Below are positions 44,600 through 54,433 of a stretch of DNA of 64,000 nt, piece after piece. Position numbers and translations under genes: made by a program. The notes under the pieces were generated by a model that searched no databases, was not told the DNA's origin, and saw nothing but the letters and a program-made list of their open reading frames with translations. The stretch's first letter is position 1, and every line of letters starts with the position of its first letter. The DNA lies in the IMG/VR virus record IMGVR_UViG_3300028182_000001, positions 1 through 64,000 of that record; one strand, written 5' to 3'. Source of the stretch: a virus.

Positions 44600-44653
44600 T
44601 AGAAGGGGATCGCTCCCCTTCTATAAATAATAAAGAACAGGAGTGAACTACAC

Positions 44654-45082
44654 ATGGCATCTGTAACTAACCAAACGGTACAGACTGGTAATACAGTATA
44701 CTTCATGATTAAAAACGTACCGATTGCTCGTGCTCAGTCTATCTCAGCAGAGCGTAGCTTTGGTACAACTGGGGTATACCAAATCGGTTCTATCATGCCA
44801 CAAGAACACGTTTACTTAAAGTACGAAGGTTCTGTAACAGTAGAACGTTTCCGTATGAAGAAAGAGAACTTAGCGACTCTTGGCTTCGCTGCTTTAGGTG
44901 AAGAAGTGCTTCAAATGGACATCCTTGATATCGTGTTGTACGATAACTACACACAAGAAGTTATCATCGCATACCGTGGATGCTCAATTGATACATACAG
45001 TGAAGATGTTAAAGCGAACGAAATCACTTCAGAGAGTGCTCGTTTCTACTTCCTAACATCTGCAAACGTACGAAGCGTATAA
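44654..45082 (+). CDS. tail tube protein
   Basis: MAS...QTV.TGNTV...GVYQIGSIMP.EHV.L.YEG. Confidence 0.9.
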   Translation: MASVTNQTVQTGNTVYFMIKNVPIARAQSISAERSFGTTGVYQIGSIMPQEHVYLKYEGSVTVERFRMKKENLATLGFAALGEEVLQMDILDIVLYDNYTQEVIIAYRGCSIDTYSEDVKANEITSESARFYFLTSANVRSV

Positions 45083-45093
45083 TAGAACGAATG

Positions 45094-45115
45094 AAAGACC
45101 CGAGAGGGTCTTTTT
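45094..45115 (+). terminator. intrinsic terminator
   Basis: AAAGACCC-GAGA-GGGTCTTT. Confidence 0.85.
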
Positions 45116-45162
45116 ATTTAGCTTAAAATCCTATCAATAGTTAGAAGGGAAGGTACCCTGTT

Positions 45163-47496
45163 ATGACATTCCTAGGTGATAAGTTTAGAGACAACATGTA
45201 TATGCATCCTGAAAGAAAGCTAGGGGAGTTAGAGCTAGAGCTTAGACAAACTGGTAAGATGATTAGCGCATTAAAACTGGATAGCCTGTTAAACGTGGAT
45301 ACGGTCGCACCTGGTAATGACGATGTATTAACATACGAAGCAGTATCAGGAAAGTGGAAACCTAAACCACCAACAGGAGGAGGGGCTAATAGCAGTTCTC
45401 CAATCTATCTTGTGGAGTTATCGAAGTGGGGTATCAAGAACAACGGAACGAGTGCAGTCGCAACTACAAAAGGACTAAATGACGCAATGCTATGGGCCGC
45501 ACAGAACGGATACATGGAAGTAGTACTACCAAAAGGTACGTACCTTATTGATAAGGATAGTCAGATAAGACCGCAAAGTTTCCAAGTACTTAACCTAAAC
45601 GGCTCCACTTTACAAAAGGAAACAAACGGATACACAGGATATAGCGTTATCAGCTTCAGAGATAACCAAGTGTACTCAAGAGTTACAAATGGTATTATCA
45701 AAGGTGATAGACTAACACACGACTTCAGTAGCGGTGGTTCTCATGAAGGTGGTTACGGTATTGAGGTAGGTAACTTCTCTCCTCCTGCAAACGGAGGTAA
45801 CAACTGCCGATTCATCTTTATTGACAAACTAGAGATATTCGATTTCACAGGAGACTCTATCACTATCAATAGTTCCTTTGGACAGATTTCACCTGTACCT
45901 ACGGCATTAGCTAGTTCATGGGAGCAGGGAGCTATTAGCGTTACAGACGGTTCCCTAGTAACAACTACATCTAAGATACGTTCTAAATTACAATTTGATA
46001 TGACACAACCTGCTATCGTAAAATACGGATATTTCGGATTATATGGTAATGGTTATGGAGGTTTAGGATCGGACATTACATGCGACTACTACGATGTTAT
46101 TTTCTACAACGCTAGTAATACTTTTGTAGCATCTTCTACAAACGTACAATTCTTTGACGAAGTGGAAGTTCCTACAGGAGCTACGTACGCAAAAGTAGTG
46201 CTACACCAATCTACTGTACCTCTAGCAGCTAACTGTCTTATTAACGTTCGTGTACCTTCTTTCGCACAATATGTATACATTAAGAAGTGTAACCTACACC
46301 ACAACCGTAGACAAGGTGTATCGGTGTGTGGAGGGAAGAACGTACACATAACAGGAAACGTAATTCATCACATCTCAGGAGCAGACCCTCAATCAGGAAT
46401 AGACATCGAGGATGGTTACGACCTTAACCAAATGATATATATTAACAACAACATGTTCTACAAGAACGAGAAGTACAATATTATCGTGGTTAACGGGAAG
46501 AACATCTACATCAACGGAAACACATTACTACCTCCTGTAAACAGTGGTTACGTGAGTCTAGCAGTAAATGGTGGAGCCGACAAAGTAGTTGTAACTGGAA
46601 ATACGATCCGACACAACAAAGTATCGCTATCAGGAGAGACTATATTCGCAAACAACTACGTATACGGAGCACAAGTAGTAACTAACGGAGCTTACGCAAC
46701 GAGACAGATTAAGCTAGTAGGGTGTACATTCCACAACTGTAAATATGTTTCGGATACACCGTTCCCGTATGTTGTAACAGTAGACGATTGCTCATTCCTG
46801 AATGATGCCGATAAGACCAACTCCCTTTCAACTGTCCTGCAATGGACGATAGAGGTAAAGCAAGAGCCACAGACATTCGTAAACTGTACGTTCCAAGGTC
46901 AAGATGTCAACTACCTAACTTACGTGGCTAGTCTTGCAACATTCAAGCAAGGATGGGTATTCCAAAACTGTAGATTTAAGAATACGAAGACTCCTTCTCT
47001 ATTCGCAGGTAAGTACATTAACTGTGAGTTTACAGAGCTAACTACTTCTTTAGGGGTAAGTCGAAACAACGATGGTACTAACTCATTAGAACTAGTAAAC
47101 TGTAAATTCGTATCTACGGATGCAAATAACAGTATGCTTACAGTTAGCTCACTGAAGAACTTCATTATGAAGGACTGTGCAGTGGAGAAGACAAGTGGCT
47201 ATATCTTAACTGTACAGAACGTGAATGACGAAGTAATTATAGTAGACAACGCATTCAAACAAACGAACGATGCACTACCGAGAGCGCTAGTAACTCTTGA
47301 AGCAAGTTTCACAGGATCGTTAGTAAACATAAAAGATAACTACTTCAAAGCAACAAACAACTCACAAGTAGCTATTAACGACCTTACAACAAATACTCCT
47401 GTAGTTGTTATACAGAACAACATCCTGAAGAAAACAACAATCTCAAGTTCAAGTACATTAAAACTAAACAACATTGTGAACGGTGTTTTACAGTAG
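45163..47496 (+). CDS. right-handed parallel beta-helix protein (tailspike/depolymerase-like)
   Basis: LPKGTYLID, HEGGYGI, HHNRRQGVSV, GIDIEDG, many NC.F repeats. Confidence 0.75.
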   Translation: MTFLGDKFRDNMYMHPERKLGELELELRQTGKMISALKLDSLLNVDTVAPGNDDVLTYEAVSGKWKPKPPTGGGANSSSPIYLVELSKWGIKNNGTSAVATTKGLNDAMLWAAQNGYMEVVLPKGTYLIDKDSQIRPQSFQVLNLNGSTLQKETNGYTGYSVISFRDNQVYSRVTNGIIKGDRLTHDFSSGGSHEGGYGIEVGNFSPPANGGNNCRFIFIDKLEIFDFTGDSITINSSFGQISPVPTALASSWEQGAISVTDGSLVTTTSKIRSKLQFDMTQPAIVKYGYFGLYGNGYGGLGSDITCDYYDVIFYNASNTFVASSTNVQFFDEVEVPTGATYAKVVLHQSTVPLAANCLINVRVPSFAQYVYIKKCNLHHNRRQGVSVCGGKNVHITGNVIHHISGADPQSGIDIEDGYDLNQMIYINNNMFYKNEKYNIIVVNGKNIYINGNTLLPPVNSGYVSLAVNGGADKVVVTGNTIRHNKVSLSGETIFANNYVYGAQVVTNGAYATRQIKLVGCTFHNCKYVSDTPFPYVVTVDDCSFLNDADKTNSLSTVLQWTIEVKQEPQTFVNCTFQGQDVNYLTYVASLATFKQGWVFQNCRFKNTKTPSLFAGKYINCEFTELTTSLGVSRNNDGTNSLELVNCKFVSTDANNSMLTVSSLKNFIMKDCAVEKTSGYILTVQNVNDEVIIVDNAFKQTNDALPRALVTLEASFTGSLVNIKDNYFKATNNSQVAINDLTTNTPVVVIQNNILKKTTISSSSTLKLNNIVNGVLQ

Positions 47497-47502
47497 TTAA
47501 AG

Positions 47503-47534
47503 CAGTACCCTCTATCCACTCTGAGGGTACTTTT
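47503..47534 (+). terminator. intrinsic terminator
   Basis: AGTACCCTC/GAGGGTACT plus TTT. Confidence 0.75.
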
Positions 47535-47538
47535 CTAT

Positions 47539-47566
47539 TTTACAATCATGTTACAGTTCAGTTACA
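47539..47566 (-). promoter_or_regulatory. triple WalR-type box
   Basis: Minus strand TGTAAC-N5-TGTAAC-N5-TGTAAA fits TGTWAH-N5-TGTWAH. Confidence 0.6.
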
Positions 47567-47631
47567 ACGGGGAATTTAGGGTATAAATGTGTTACATTAG
47601 GTACTACACCAAAAAAGAAAGGATGATATGT

Positions 47632-48294
47632 ATGAAGTTGAAAGCATTAATCACAGTAGGTGCTTTGTCGGCAGGTCTTTTCTTGTTTGGACAAGGTACA
47701 GCGTCAGCCAGTGAGGTTGATACGGACAGGAGTATTGTAGACTACCTGTACCACAGTAATGAGGATCATAGCTTTGAGCATCGTAAACAATTGTCAGAAA
47801 CTTACGGTATCGTAGGTTACACGGGCACAGAAGAACAGAACACACGATTACTTACCATGCTTAAAGCGGATAGGGGCGCAGTAACTCCTAAAGAGGGGCA
47901 AACATTAGTGAAAGAATCTACGCAAGCTAATACGAAGCCACAGACCCCTCAGACGAAGCCACAGGAGCAGTCACAACCACAAGGTAGAACTATCACAGTG
48001 GAAGCAACTGCATATACACCACACCCAAGTGAGAATGGTGGTACATACGGTGGACAAGTACTAACGGCTACAGGATTCAACTTGAGTAAGAACCCTAACG
48101 CTCGAATCATCGCAGTAGACCCACGAGTAATTCCATTAGGAACGAAAGTTCATGTCGAAGGATACGGAGAAGCGACTGCGCTAGATACAGGTGGCGCTAT
48201 CAAGGGTAATCGTATTGACGTACTATTACCAACCGACTCACAAGCAAATGCGTGGGGTCGAAAACAAGTGAAAGTTACGATATTAGGTAAGTAA
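47632..48294 (+). CDS. secreted 3D-domain (YocH-like) cell-wall protein
   Basis: Signal peptide ending ASA; VEATAY, IAVDP.VIPLGTKV.VEGYG.A.A.DTGGAIKGNRID. Confidence 0.88.
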   Translation: MKLKALITVGALSAGLFLFGQGTASASEVDTDRSIVDYLYHSNEDHSFEHRKQLSETYGIVGYTGTEEQNTRLLTMLKADRGAVTPKEGQTLVKESTQANTKPQTPQTKPQEQSQPQGRTITVEATAYTPHPSENGGTYGGQVLTATGFNLSKNPNARIIAVDPRVIPLGTKVHVEGYGEATALDTGGAIKGNRIDVLLPTDSQANAWGRKQVKVTILGK

Positions 48295-48302
48295 TCATCG
48301 AG

Positions 48303-48342
48303 TAGACACGGATAATAAAAATTCGTGTCTATTTTTTTTTTT
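48303..48342 (+). terminator. intrinsic terminator
   Basis: TAGACACGGAT/ATTCGTGTCTA plus T11. Confidence 0.8.
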
Positions 48343-48351
48343 ATTTTATTG

Positions 48352-48380
48352 TTGACTATTGGAAAACCTTATAATATACT
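48352..48380 (+). promoter_or_regulatory. sigma-A early promoter
   Basis: TTGACT-17-TATACT. Confidence 0.8.
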
Positions 48381-48432
48381 AAGTATAGAAATTAAAAAAC
48401 AAACAAAAAATTAAATATGGGGGTTGTACAAA

Positions 48433-49338
48433 ATGTCAATCGTATTAACAGAAAGAATGGCTATTTTAAAGAAGATGGAGTATCTAGAAAAGGAGAGAGC
48501 TTCACTTCTAGCAAGCTATGATTCTTGTTTGGATCGTTTGAGAGAATTAGACGAGATTGATAGAATGAGTGCAGAAGCAGACCATGTTGCACAAGTAATG
48601 AAACAAGCTTACGCACCTGAACCTGAAAAGGAAGTTATTAAAGAGGTAAAGGTTGAGTATCCGAAGTTCACGAAAGAAGATTTCAAACGAATCGCAGAAC
48701 AGGTTAACTCAATACTTGAGGAGAGGTTAGCAGAACCGAAACCTGAGATTTTAATGGGTAGTGAACAACTTCGAGCTACACTAGCAGACAGAGAAAAAGC
48801 AGAAGACTTAGCTCATATGCTACATATTACTGGTGCAGAAATGAAGATTACAGATGATAGCATTCAAATGGTAAAAGTAGACAACAGTGATATTGTAGCA
48901 GGAGATACTGAACTAGACGACACGCAGGAACAAGAAGGAATTAACTTCCCAGTTCACAGAGAGGGGCAATCTCTCCAAGAATACTTTGAGGAAAACAAAG
49001 AGGTTCTAGCAGAAATGGGAGAAACGGTTGAAGTAAAAGAGGACAAGCCTAAAGAGGAAACTGAGAAAGCTCCTGTAGGTGAAGCTTCTAAACTACTTCA
49101 AATGAAAAAGTCCTTTATGAGAGGTACAACAAACGACAATCGAATCATTGCTCAGTTTGCAAAAACTATTCTAAAAGACTACGGTGTACCTATCAAAGCA
49201 AAAGTATTGCTTCAAAAATTAAGAGATGCAGGAGTTTCGATGAAATCACCATACGAAACATTAGCACAAATAAAGGGATACGAACCTAGTATCCAACGAG
49301 CAGGTCACGGATACTATCAATACGTCCCAACCCGTTAA
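48433..49338 (+). CDS. hypothetical early protein (possible C-terminal winged HTH)
   Basis: Own promoter and terminator; C-terminal ILKDYG.P....LL..L...G.GYY. Confidence 0.65.
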   Translation: MSIVLTERMAILKKMEYLEKERASLLASYDSCLDRLRELDEIDRMSAEADHVAQVMKQAYAPEPEKEVIKEVKVEYPKFTKEDFKRIAEQVNSILEERLAEPKPEILMGSEQLRATLADREKAEDLAHMLHITGAEMKITDDSIQMVKVDNSDIVAGDTELDDTQEQEGINFPVHREGQSLQEYFEENKEVLAEMGETVEVKEDKPKEETEKAPVGEASKLLQMKKSFMRGTTNDNRIIAQFAKTILKDYGVPIKAKVLLQKLRDAGVSMKSPYETLAQIKGYEPSIQRAGHGYYQYVPTR

Positions 49339-49342
49339 TATA

Positions 49343-49370
49343 AGGCTACCACACCAAGTGGTAGCTTTTT
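49343..49370 (+). terminator. intrinsic terminator
   Basis: GCTACCAC/GTGGTAGC plus T-tract. Confidence 0.8.
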
Positions 49371-49446
49371 CTATGCTATAATTAAAATAAGTAGACAAGT
49401 TACTGCTATATTATTAGTGATAAACAAATTTAGGAGGTACATAACA

Positions 49447-49866
49447 ATGGCTGAAGATTTACAGAAAGATATCGTACACTTACAGGAAGCATCGCCTGAG
49501 AGAGTAGAGTTAGAGAAGAAAGCAGAAGAACGACAAGTGGTGGACCGCATCATTCGTGGTGTCAATGACGTATTCGACAAGGACTATGACTTACCTGAAT
49601 ATGGACTGAAGTTCACGATTAAGATTAAGGCACCTAACGCAATTGATACAGGGAAGATACACGCTAGAACGGCTGCTTATCTAAGTGGCATGAATAATTA
49701 TGCGAGTGAGTATATTTACCTTGTATACCAAACGCTATCTGCGATCCGAGTTAATGGTGTAGAGACTCCTGACTTCTTAGCGAAGGACGAAGAAATCTAT
49801 AACCTGGACGTACTATACATAATTGGACGTGATTACACGGACTGGTTAAGTTCCTTTCGAAGATAA
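49447..49866 (+). CDS. tail assembly chaperone
   Basis: AGGAGG RBS; synteny before tape measure. Confidence 0.75.
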   Translation: MAEDLQKDIVHLQEASPERVELEKKAEERQVVDRIIRGVNDVFDKDYDLPEYGLKFTIKIKAPNAIDTGKIHARTAAYLSGMNNYASEYIYLVYQTLSAIRVNGVETPDFLAKDEEIYNLDVLYIIGRDYTDWLSSFRR

Positions 49867-50485
49867 GGTAAAGAAATTTGGCGGTCTGAAACAGTTAGCC
49901 CGTACTACATATATGAGAAACCTTTGGGCACTAATGACGAAGTTTAACGTTCTACCTACGAACGAAGATTTCAGAAAATTGTCACATGCCCAAATTGACT
50001 TAATGATTTACTCAATGGAAGAGGATCATAGACAAGCAGAACTTGCTAGAAAAGGTCTTCAAGTTGACTCTGAGCATTACGATAATTCATTCGATGAGGA
50101 AGTATGGAGCAAAGATGTCGGTGACTGGGAAGTTGTCAAAGAAGGTCACGATCCTGATAAGATTGCGAAGCAAGTTGAAGCTCTTACAAGAGCCGAAGAC
50201 CTCAAGAACCTTAGCACGAAATTCGAAGGTCTTGATGAGTACAATGCACATCTTGAAGCAGGAGGTAAGAACGCTAGAGAGACTGCCGTTGAACAAGTCA
50301 TCAATAAAAACATTGCTGAAGCATACGAGAAAGCACAACGTATCGCCAAAGCAGGGAAAAGTACTCTCGTTGATGATGCTTACATTGCAGGGGAATCGGA
50401 GGAGAATACAGACCTCGACAAAGAAGCTATGGACAAAGCTATCAGAATGTTCAATCAAGACGATGACGAGTATACAGAACTATAG
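49856..50485 (+). CDS. tail assembly chaperone C-terminal extension (+1 frame)
   Basis: Frame open from 49856 through ATG 49913, which has no RBS; TCC TTT CGA junction. Confidence 0.65.
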   Translation, partial: FEDKVKKFGGLKQLARTTYMRNLWALMTKFNVLPTNEDFRKLSHAQIDLMIYSMEEDHRQAELARKGLQVDSEHYDNSFDEEVWSKDVGDWEVVKEGHDPDKIAKQVEALTRAEDLKNLSTKFEGLDEYNAHLEAGGKNARETAVEQVINKNIAEAYEKAQRIAKAGKSTLVDDAYIAGESEENTDLDKEAMDKAIRMFNQDDDEYTEL

Positions 50486-50539
50486 AGGGGGAGAGGGAAA
50501 CCTCTTCTCCTATTTTTAAGAAAAGGGTGGTGAAGGTTA

Positions 50540-53500
50540 ATGGCAGGAAATAAACAAGATTATATTATTGAGTTGGACGCTAAGATAGATGGTGCCGTAG
50601 CTAAGTTAAATAAAATCCGTAAGATGATGGACGATATCGAACGTATTCGTGATAAAGGTGCAGACAATAACTACACTGCAAGCACACAAGATATCAACAA
50701 GAATATGCGTGTCATGAAGTTACTTACACAACAGTATAACCAAGCAAACGAGGAACTTAAAAAGTTACAGAGCCAAATCAATAAAACTCCTAAAGGTGAC
50801 AAACGTAACGAGCAACATAAACGTGTACGTGAGGAGCAGAAAGCGATCCGTAGAGAGTACGATAGTACGTTAGGTAAGTTCCGTGAGATTGCTTCCTTCC
50901 AACAAAAATACTCTAAAAACTTCAACGCTACAGTCGGACAAATCAACCTTCCTACGAAAGACTTCGAGAGAACAAAAGAAGTAATTACACAGATGGTAGA
51001 AGAGTCTAACAAGGCGAAGAATAAGTTAGACGAAGTTGTAATGAAGATTCGTGAAGTAAATAAACTTGACAGACGTTCTGAAAGTCTATCACGTAGAGCA
51101 AGTGCATCTAAGTATATGTCATTCCAACAATCTTCTAACTTCAAGAAGGATCGTAACACAGTAGACGGTTATCATCAAGAGAAAGCAGATAACATTCGTA
51201 GAATGACAGAGATGTCAACTTCTGTAACATCCCTAATGAAACAGATTAAAAAGATTGAAGAGAAACCTCAAGCAACAAAAGCCGAGATGGATCGTAAACT
51301 TGAGATGCAAAGAACTATCGAGTCTATGGACAAAGAGTTCGAATCTCGTACTGAATTAAACCGTGTACTAGAACGTACCATTGCCAACATGGAAAGATAC
51401 AACAGTACAGTACAAGGTGTAACAGTTAAGCCTGAACGTGGAACATTTAAAGGTATGGCTTACGAGCGTGCTCCTGCTATCGGTTTAGCAATCACTGGTG
51501 CCGTGGCCGCTGCTCTAGGAAGTCTGTATCACCAAGGGGCTTCTATCGACAAAGGTATGCGACAAGATGAAATCTCTATCGGTCAACGTATCGGTATGGA
51601 CGGATCGCAGTGGAGAGAGGACATCCGTAACAACGCTCTTAACTCAGGTCTGAAAGATAAACTAGGTATGTCAGGTCAAGAGATGATTGGATTCCAAGAG
51701 AATTATCTATCTAAACGTGGCTTCAGTGGTATGCAAGATATGAATGATGCTATGCAAAACCAAGCTATCTTTAGCCGTGTAAGTGGTATCGGTACAGAAG
51801 ATACGAAGTCATTCTATAACACTGTATACGGTGCTGGTCCTGTTAACGGTAAACAAACGAAGGAAATCCAAAACGCATTCCTTGGGGCTATCAAACGTAG
51901 TGGTATGGAAGGTCGAGAAAAAGACCAACTAAAAGCGTTAGATGGTATCTTATCAGGTATGTCTGATGGTCGTTCTATGACGAACGATGAAATCATGAAC
52001 ACAATGGGTCTACAATCCGCTTTAGCTCAAACTGGAAACCGTTCTCTACAAGGAGAAAAAGGTGGAAAGATGTTACAGAGCTTAGACCAAGGTATTCGTA
52101 ACGGTATTGACAATCCGATGGTACGTATGGTATTCGGTCAAGGTACTAAGTATCAAGGGCTATCAGGTCGTTGGGAGCTTACTAAGCGATTGGAAAAAGG
52201 TATCTCGGATATAGACAACGTTAGAGACATCGCATCATTTGCACAGTCTCAAGGTGCTACAAAAGAGGATCAGAACATGAACTTCCACGCCTTTGCTCGT
52301 AATAGCTTAGGTGCCGACATTACCGCTCAACAAGCCGAAGCATTCATGGACGCTTATCGTAAGGGAGACCTGAATGATAAGAACATCCAAGATATCCTGA
52401 AAGAGGATGCAAGTGTCGGTAATAAAGTTTCTAAAGACAAAATGGAAGAGTACAAAAAGTCCAGTGCGGCTACTAACAACCAAAGCGATGCTACTACAGA
52501 GAAACAGGCCGCAGGTATTTATGATATGGGTGAAGCAGTCCGAAAAGCTAATGGTGCATTAAGTGGGATACACCCTGCCGCTTATGCGGCTATTGCGGCT
52601 CTAGGTGCTCTAACTATAGCATTTGCCGCAGCTGCAACGTCATTCGCAATCTCCTCAGGTGTCCGTTCCCTAGCTTCTAGTTCGTTCGGAGGTAAAGGTA
52701 AACGAGGAGGAAGAGGTGGAGGACGAGGTGGCGGTGGAGGAGGAGTAACCCCTCCTATCGTTGGTGGTGGAAGTGGACGTACTTCTACTGGTGGATCGGG
52801 TAGCGGTCCTGTAGCATGGAGACGAAATGCAACAACACCTGGAGCTTCTTCGGCACCTAAGCAAAACTTCTTTAGCAGAATGTTCGGTGGAGGTTCAGGC
52901 GCTTCCTCAGGTGCAGTTGCAGGTGGTACTGTAGCAGGTGCTTCTAGTGGGGGAGGATTCCTTAAAGGAGCAGGTAAAGTTGCAGGTAAGGCTATGTTAC
53001 CAATAGCGGCCATAATGGGTATTAACGAGATTATGAGCGCACCGAAAGAGAAGAAAGGGGAAACTACTGGTTCAGTTGCAGGAGGTATCCTTGGAGGTAT
53101 CGGTGGAGGTATGGCCGCAGGTGCCCTAGCAGGTTCGGTTGTTCCAGGAGCAGGTAACGTAGTCGGAGCTATCATCGGTGGTGTCGGTGGACTTATTGGT
53201 GGTATCGCAGGTGCTTTCGGTGGAGGAAAAATCGGTAGTTGGTTTGACTCTGATTCCGATAAAGAGAAAAAGAAGAAAGAGGAAGCAAAGGCTAAAGCTA
53301 AAGCGAAGGAAGAAAAGGCTAAGGCAGAAGCTAAAGCGACTAGTTCATCTAGCATCACAGGGTTCGGACAACAAGGCGGTACTGTAGCAGGTTACACTGC
53401 AACTGGTATGGCGATGGGTACAACGGCAGGTGTAATGGCTAGTAACCTTGACCCAGGACTAACTAACCAAGTTGTAACTCCTGAAGTAGGTAACGGTGTC

Positions 53501-54391
53501 AACTCTACAAACACGCAAGTAGATAGAGAGAACACAAACACGAAACAACGTACGGAAGTTACAAAGACTGACAACCTTTCTTACGAGCGTGAGAACCTTA
53601 ACATCTACGAAAGAGCGTTAATGAAAGCAGAACAACTTCTAGCTCAAGCTCGTTCTCAAAACGGTATCTTTGGTAACGGTAATGGTGCAGGAGGTGCTGG
53701 TGGCGCAGGTGGAGGAATGGGAGTTACAGGTGGAGGTAAACTGCAAGTATTATCCGCAGGTCAGAAGTGGCAGAACGCAAGTAACCTGCAACAAAGTGAT
53801 TTAGGATATACTGAAGCTACTCTAACTGCGGCCGACCTAGACAACTGGATTAACTCTAAAGCTCCTGAAGGTTCTATGATGCGTGGAATGGGTGCGACAT
53901 TCCTAAAAGCAGGTCAGGAATACGGGTTAGACCCTCGTTACCTAGTTGCCCACGCTGCCGAAGAGTCTGCATGGGGTACATCACGTATAGCCAAGGATAA
54001 AGGAAACTTCTTCGGGATCGGAGCGTTTGATAACAGCCCGTACTCTAGTGCCTACGAGTTCAAAGACGGTGGAGGTACTGCGGCCGAGAAAGGTATCATG
54101 GGTGGAGCTAAGTGGATTTCTGAGAAGTACTATGGTAAAGGTCGTACAACTCTAGACAAGATGCACCAAGCAGGATACGCAACGAACAGTGACTGGGCTT
54201 CTAACATTGCTTCTATCATGGGTGGAGCACCGAAAGGTACAGGTCAAGCAGTTAACGCCACTATCAACGTAAATGTTAAAGGTGACGAGTCTGTATCTAA
54301 GAAGATTAACAACAGTAGTGAAATGAAAAAAGTCGGCAATAACATTGCAGACATGCTCGGGTTCTACTCTAAAGAGATGGTGATGACGTAA
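50540..54391 (+). CDS. tape measure protein with C-terminal glucosaminidase (GH73-like) domain
   Basis: 1283 aa helical and Gly-rich; YGLDP.YLVAHA.EES.WGTS, NFFGIGA.D, YAT..W. Confidence 0.85.
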   Translation: MAGNKQDYIIELDAKIDGAVAKLNKIRKMMDDIERIRDKGADNNYTASTQDINKNMRVMKLLTQQYNQANEELKKLQSQINKTPKGDKRNEQHKRVREEQKAIRREYDSTLGKFREIASFQQKYSKNFNATVGQINLPTKDFERTKEVITQMVEESNKAKNKLDEVVMKIREVNKLDRRSESLSRRASASKYMSFQQSSNFKKDRNTVDGYHQEKADNIRRMTEMSTSVTSLMKQIKKIEEKPQATKAEMDRKLEMQRTIESMDKEFESRTELNRVLERTIANMERYNSTVQGVTVKPERGTFKGMAYERAPAIGLAITGAVAAALGSLYHQGASIDKGMRQDEISIGQRIGMDGSQWREDIRNNALNSGLKDKLGMSGQEMIGFQENYLSKRGFSGMQDMNDAMQNQAIFSRVSGIGTEDTKSFYNTVYGAGPVNGKQTKEIQNAFLGAIKRSGMEGREKDQLKALDGILSGMSDGRSMTNDEIMNTMGLQSALAQTGNRSLQGEKGGKMLQSLDQGIRNGIDNPMVRMVFGQGTKYQGLSGRWELTKRLEKGISDIDNVRDIASFAQSQGATKEDQNMNFHAFARNSLGADITAQQAEAFMDAYRKGDLNDKNIQDILKEDASVGNKVSKDKMEEYKKSSAATNNQSDATTEKQAAGIYDMGEAVRKANGALSGIHPAAYAAIAALGALTIAFAAAATSFAISSGVRSLASSSFGGKGKRGGRGGGRGGGGGGVTPPIVGGGSGRTSTGGSGSGPVAWRRNATTPGASSAPKQNFFSRMFGGGSGASSGAVAGGTVAGASSGGGFLKGAGKVAGKAMLPIAAIMGINEIMSAPKEKKGETTGSVAGGILGGIGGGMAAGALAGSVVPGAGNVVGAIIGGVGGLIGGIAGAFGGGKIGSWFDSDSDKEKKKKEEAKAKAKAKEEKAKAEAKATSSSSITGFGQQGGTVAGYTATGMAMGTTAGVMASNLDPGLTNQVVTPEVGNGVNSTNTQVDRENTNTKQRTEVTKTDNLSYERENLNIYERALMKAEQLLAQARSQNGIFGNGNGAGGAGGAGGGMGVTGGGKLQVLSAGQKWQNASNLQQSDLGYTEATLTAADLDNWINSKAPEGSMMRGMGATFLKAGQEYGLDPRYLVAHAAEESAWGTSRIAKDKGNFFGIGAFDNSPYSSAYEFKDGGGTAAEKGIMGGAKWISEKYYGKGRTTLDKMHQAGYATNSDWASNIASIMGGAPKGTGQAVNATINVNVKGDESVSKKINNSSEMKKVGNNIADMLGFYSKEMVMT

Positions 54392-54433
54392 TGTCATCCC
54401 TCTCTTCTTTTTAAATATAAGGAGATGATATAA

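Noticed and set aside
50671-54397. Long antisense ORFs inside the tape measure gene (e.g. 52582..53358) and similar shadow ORFs in other large genes
   Set aside because: Shadow frames caused by codon bias and Gly/Ala-rich sequence; no RBS
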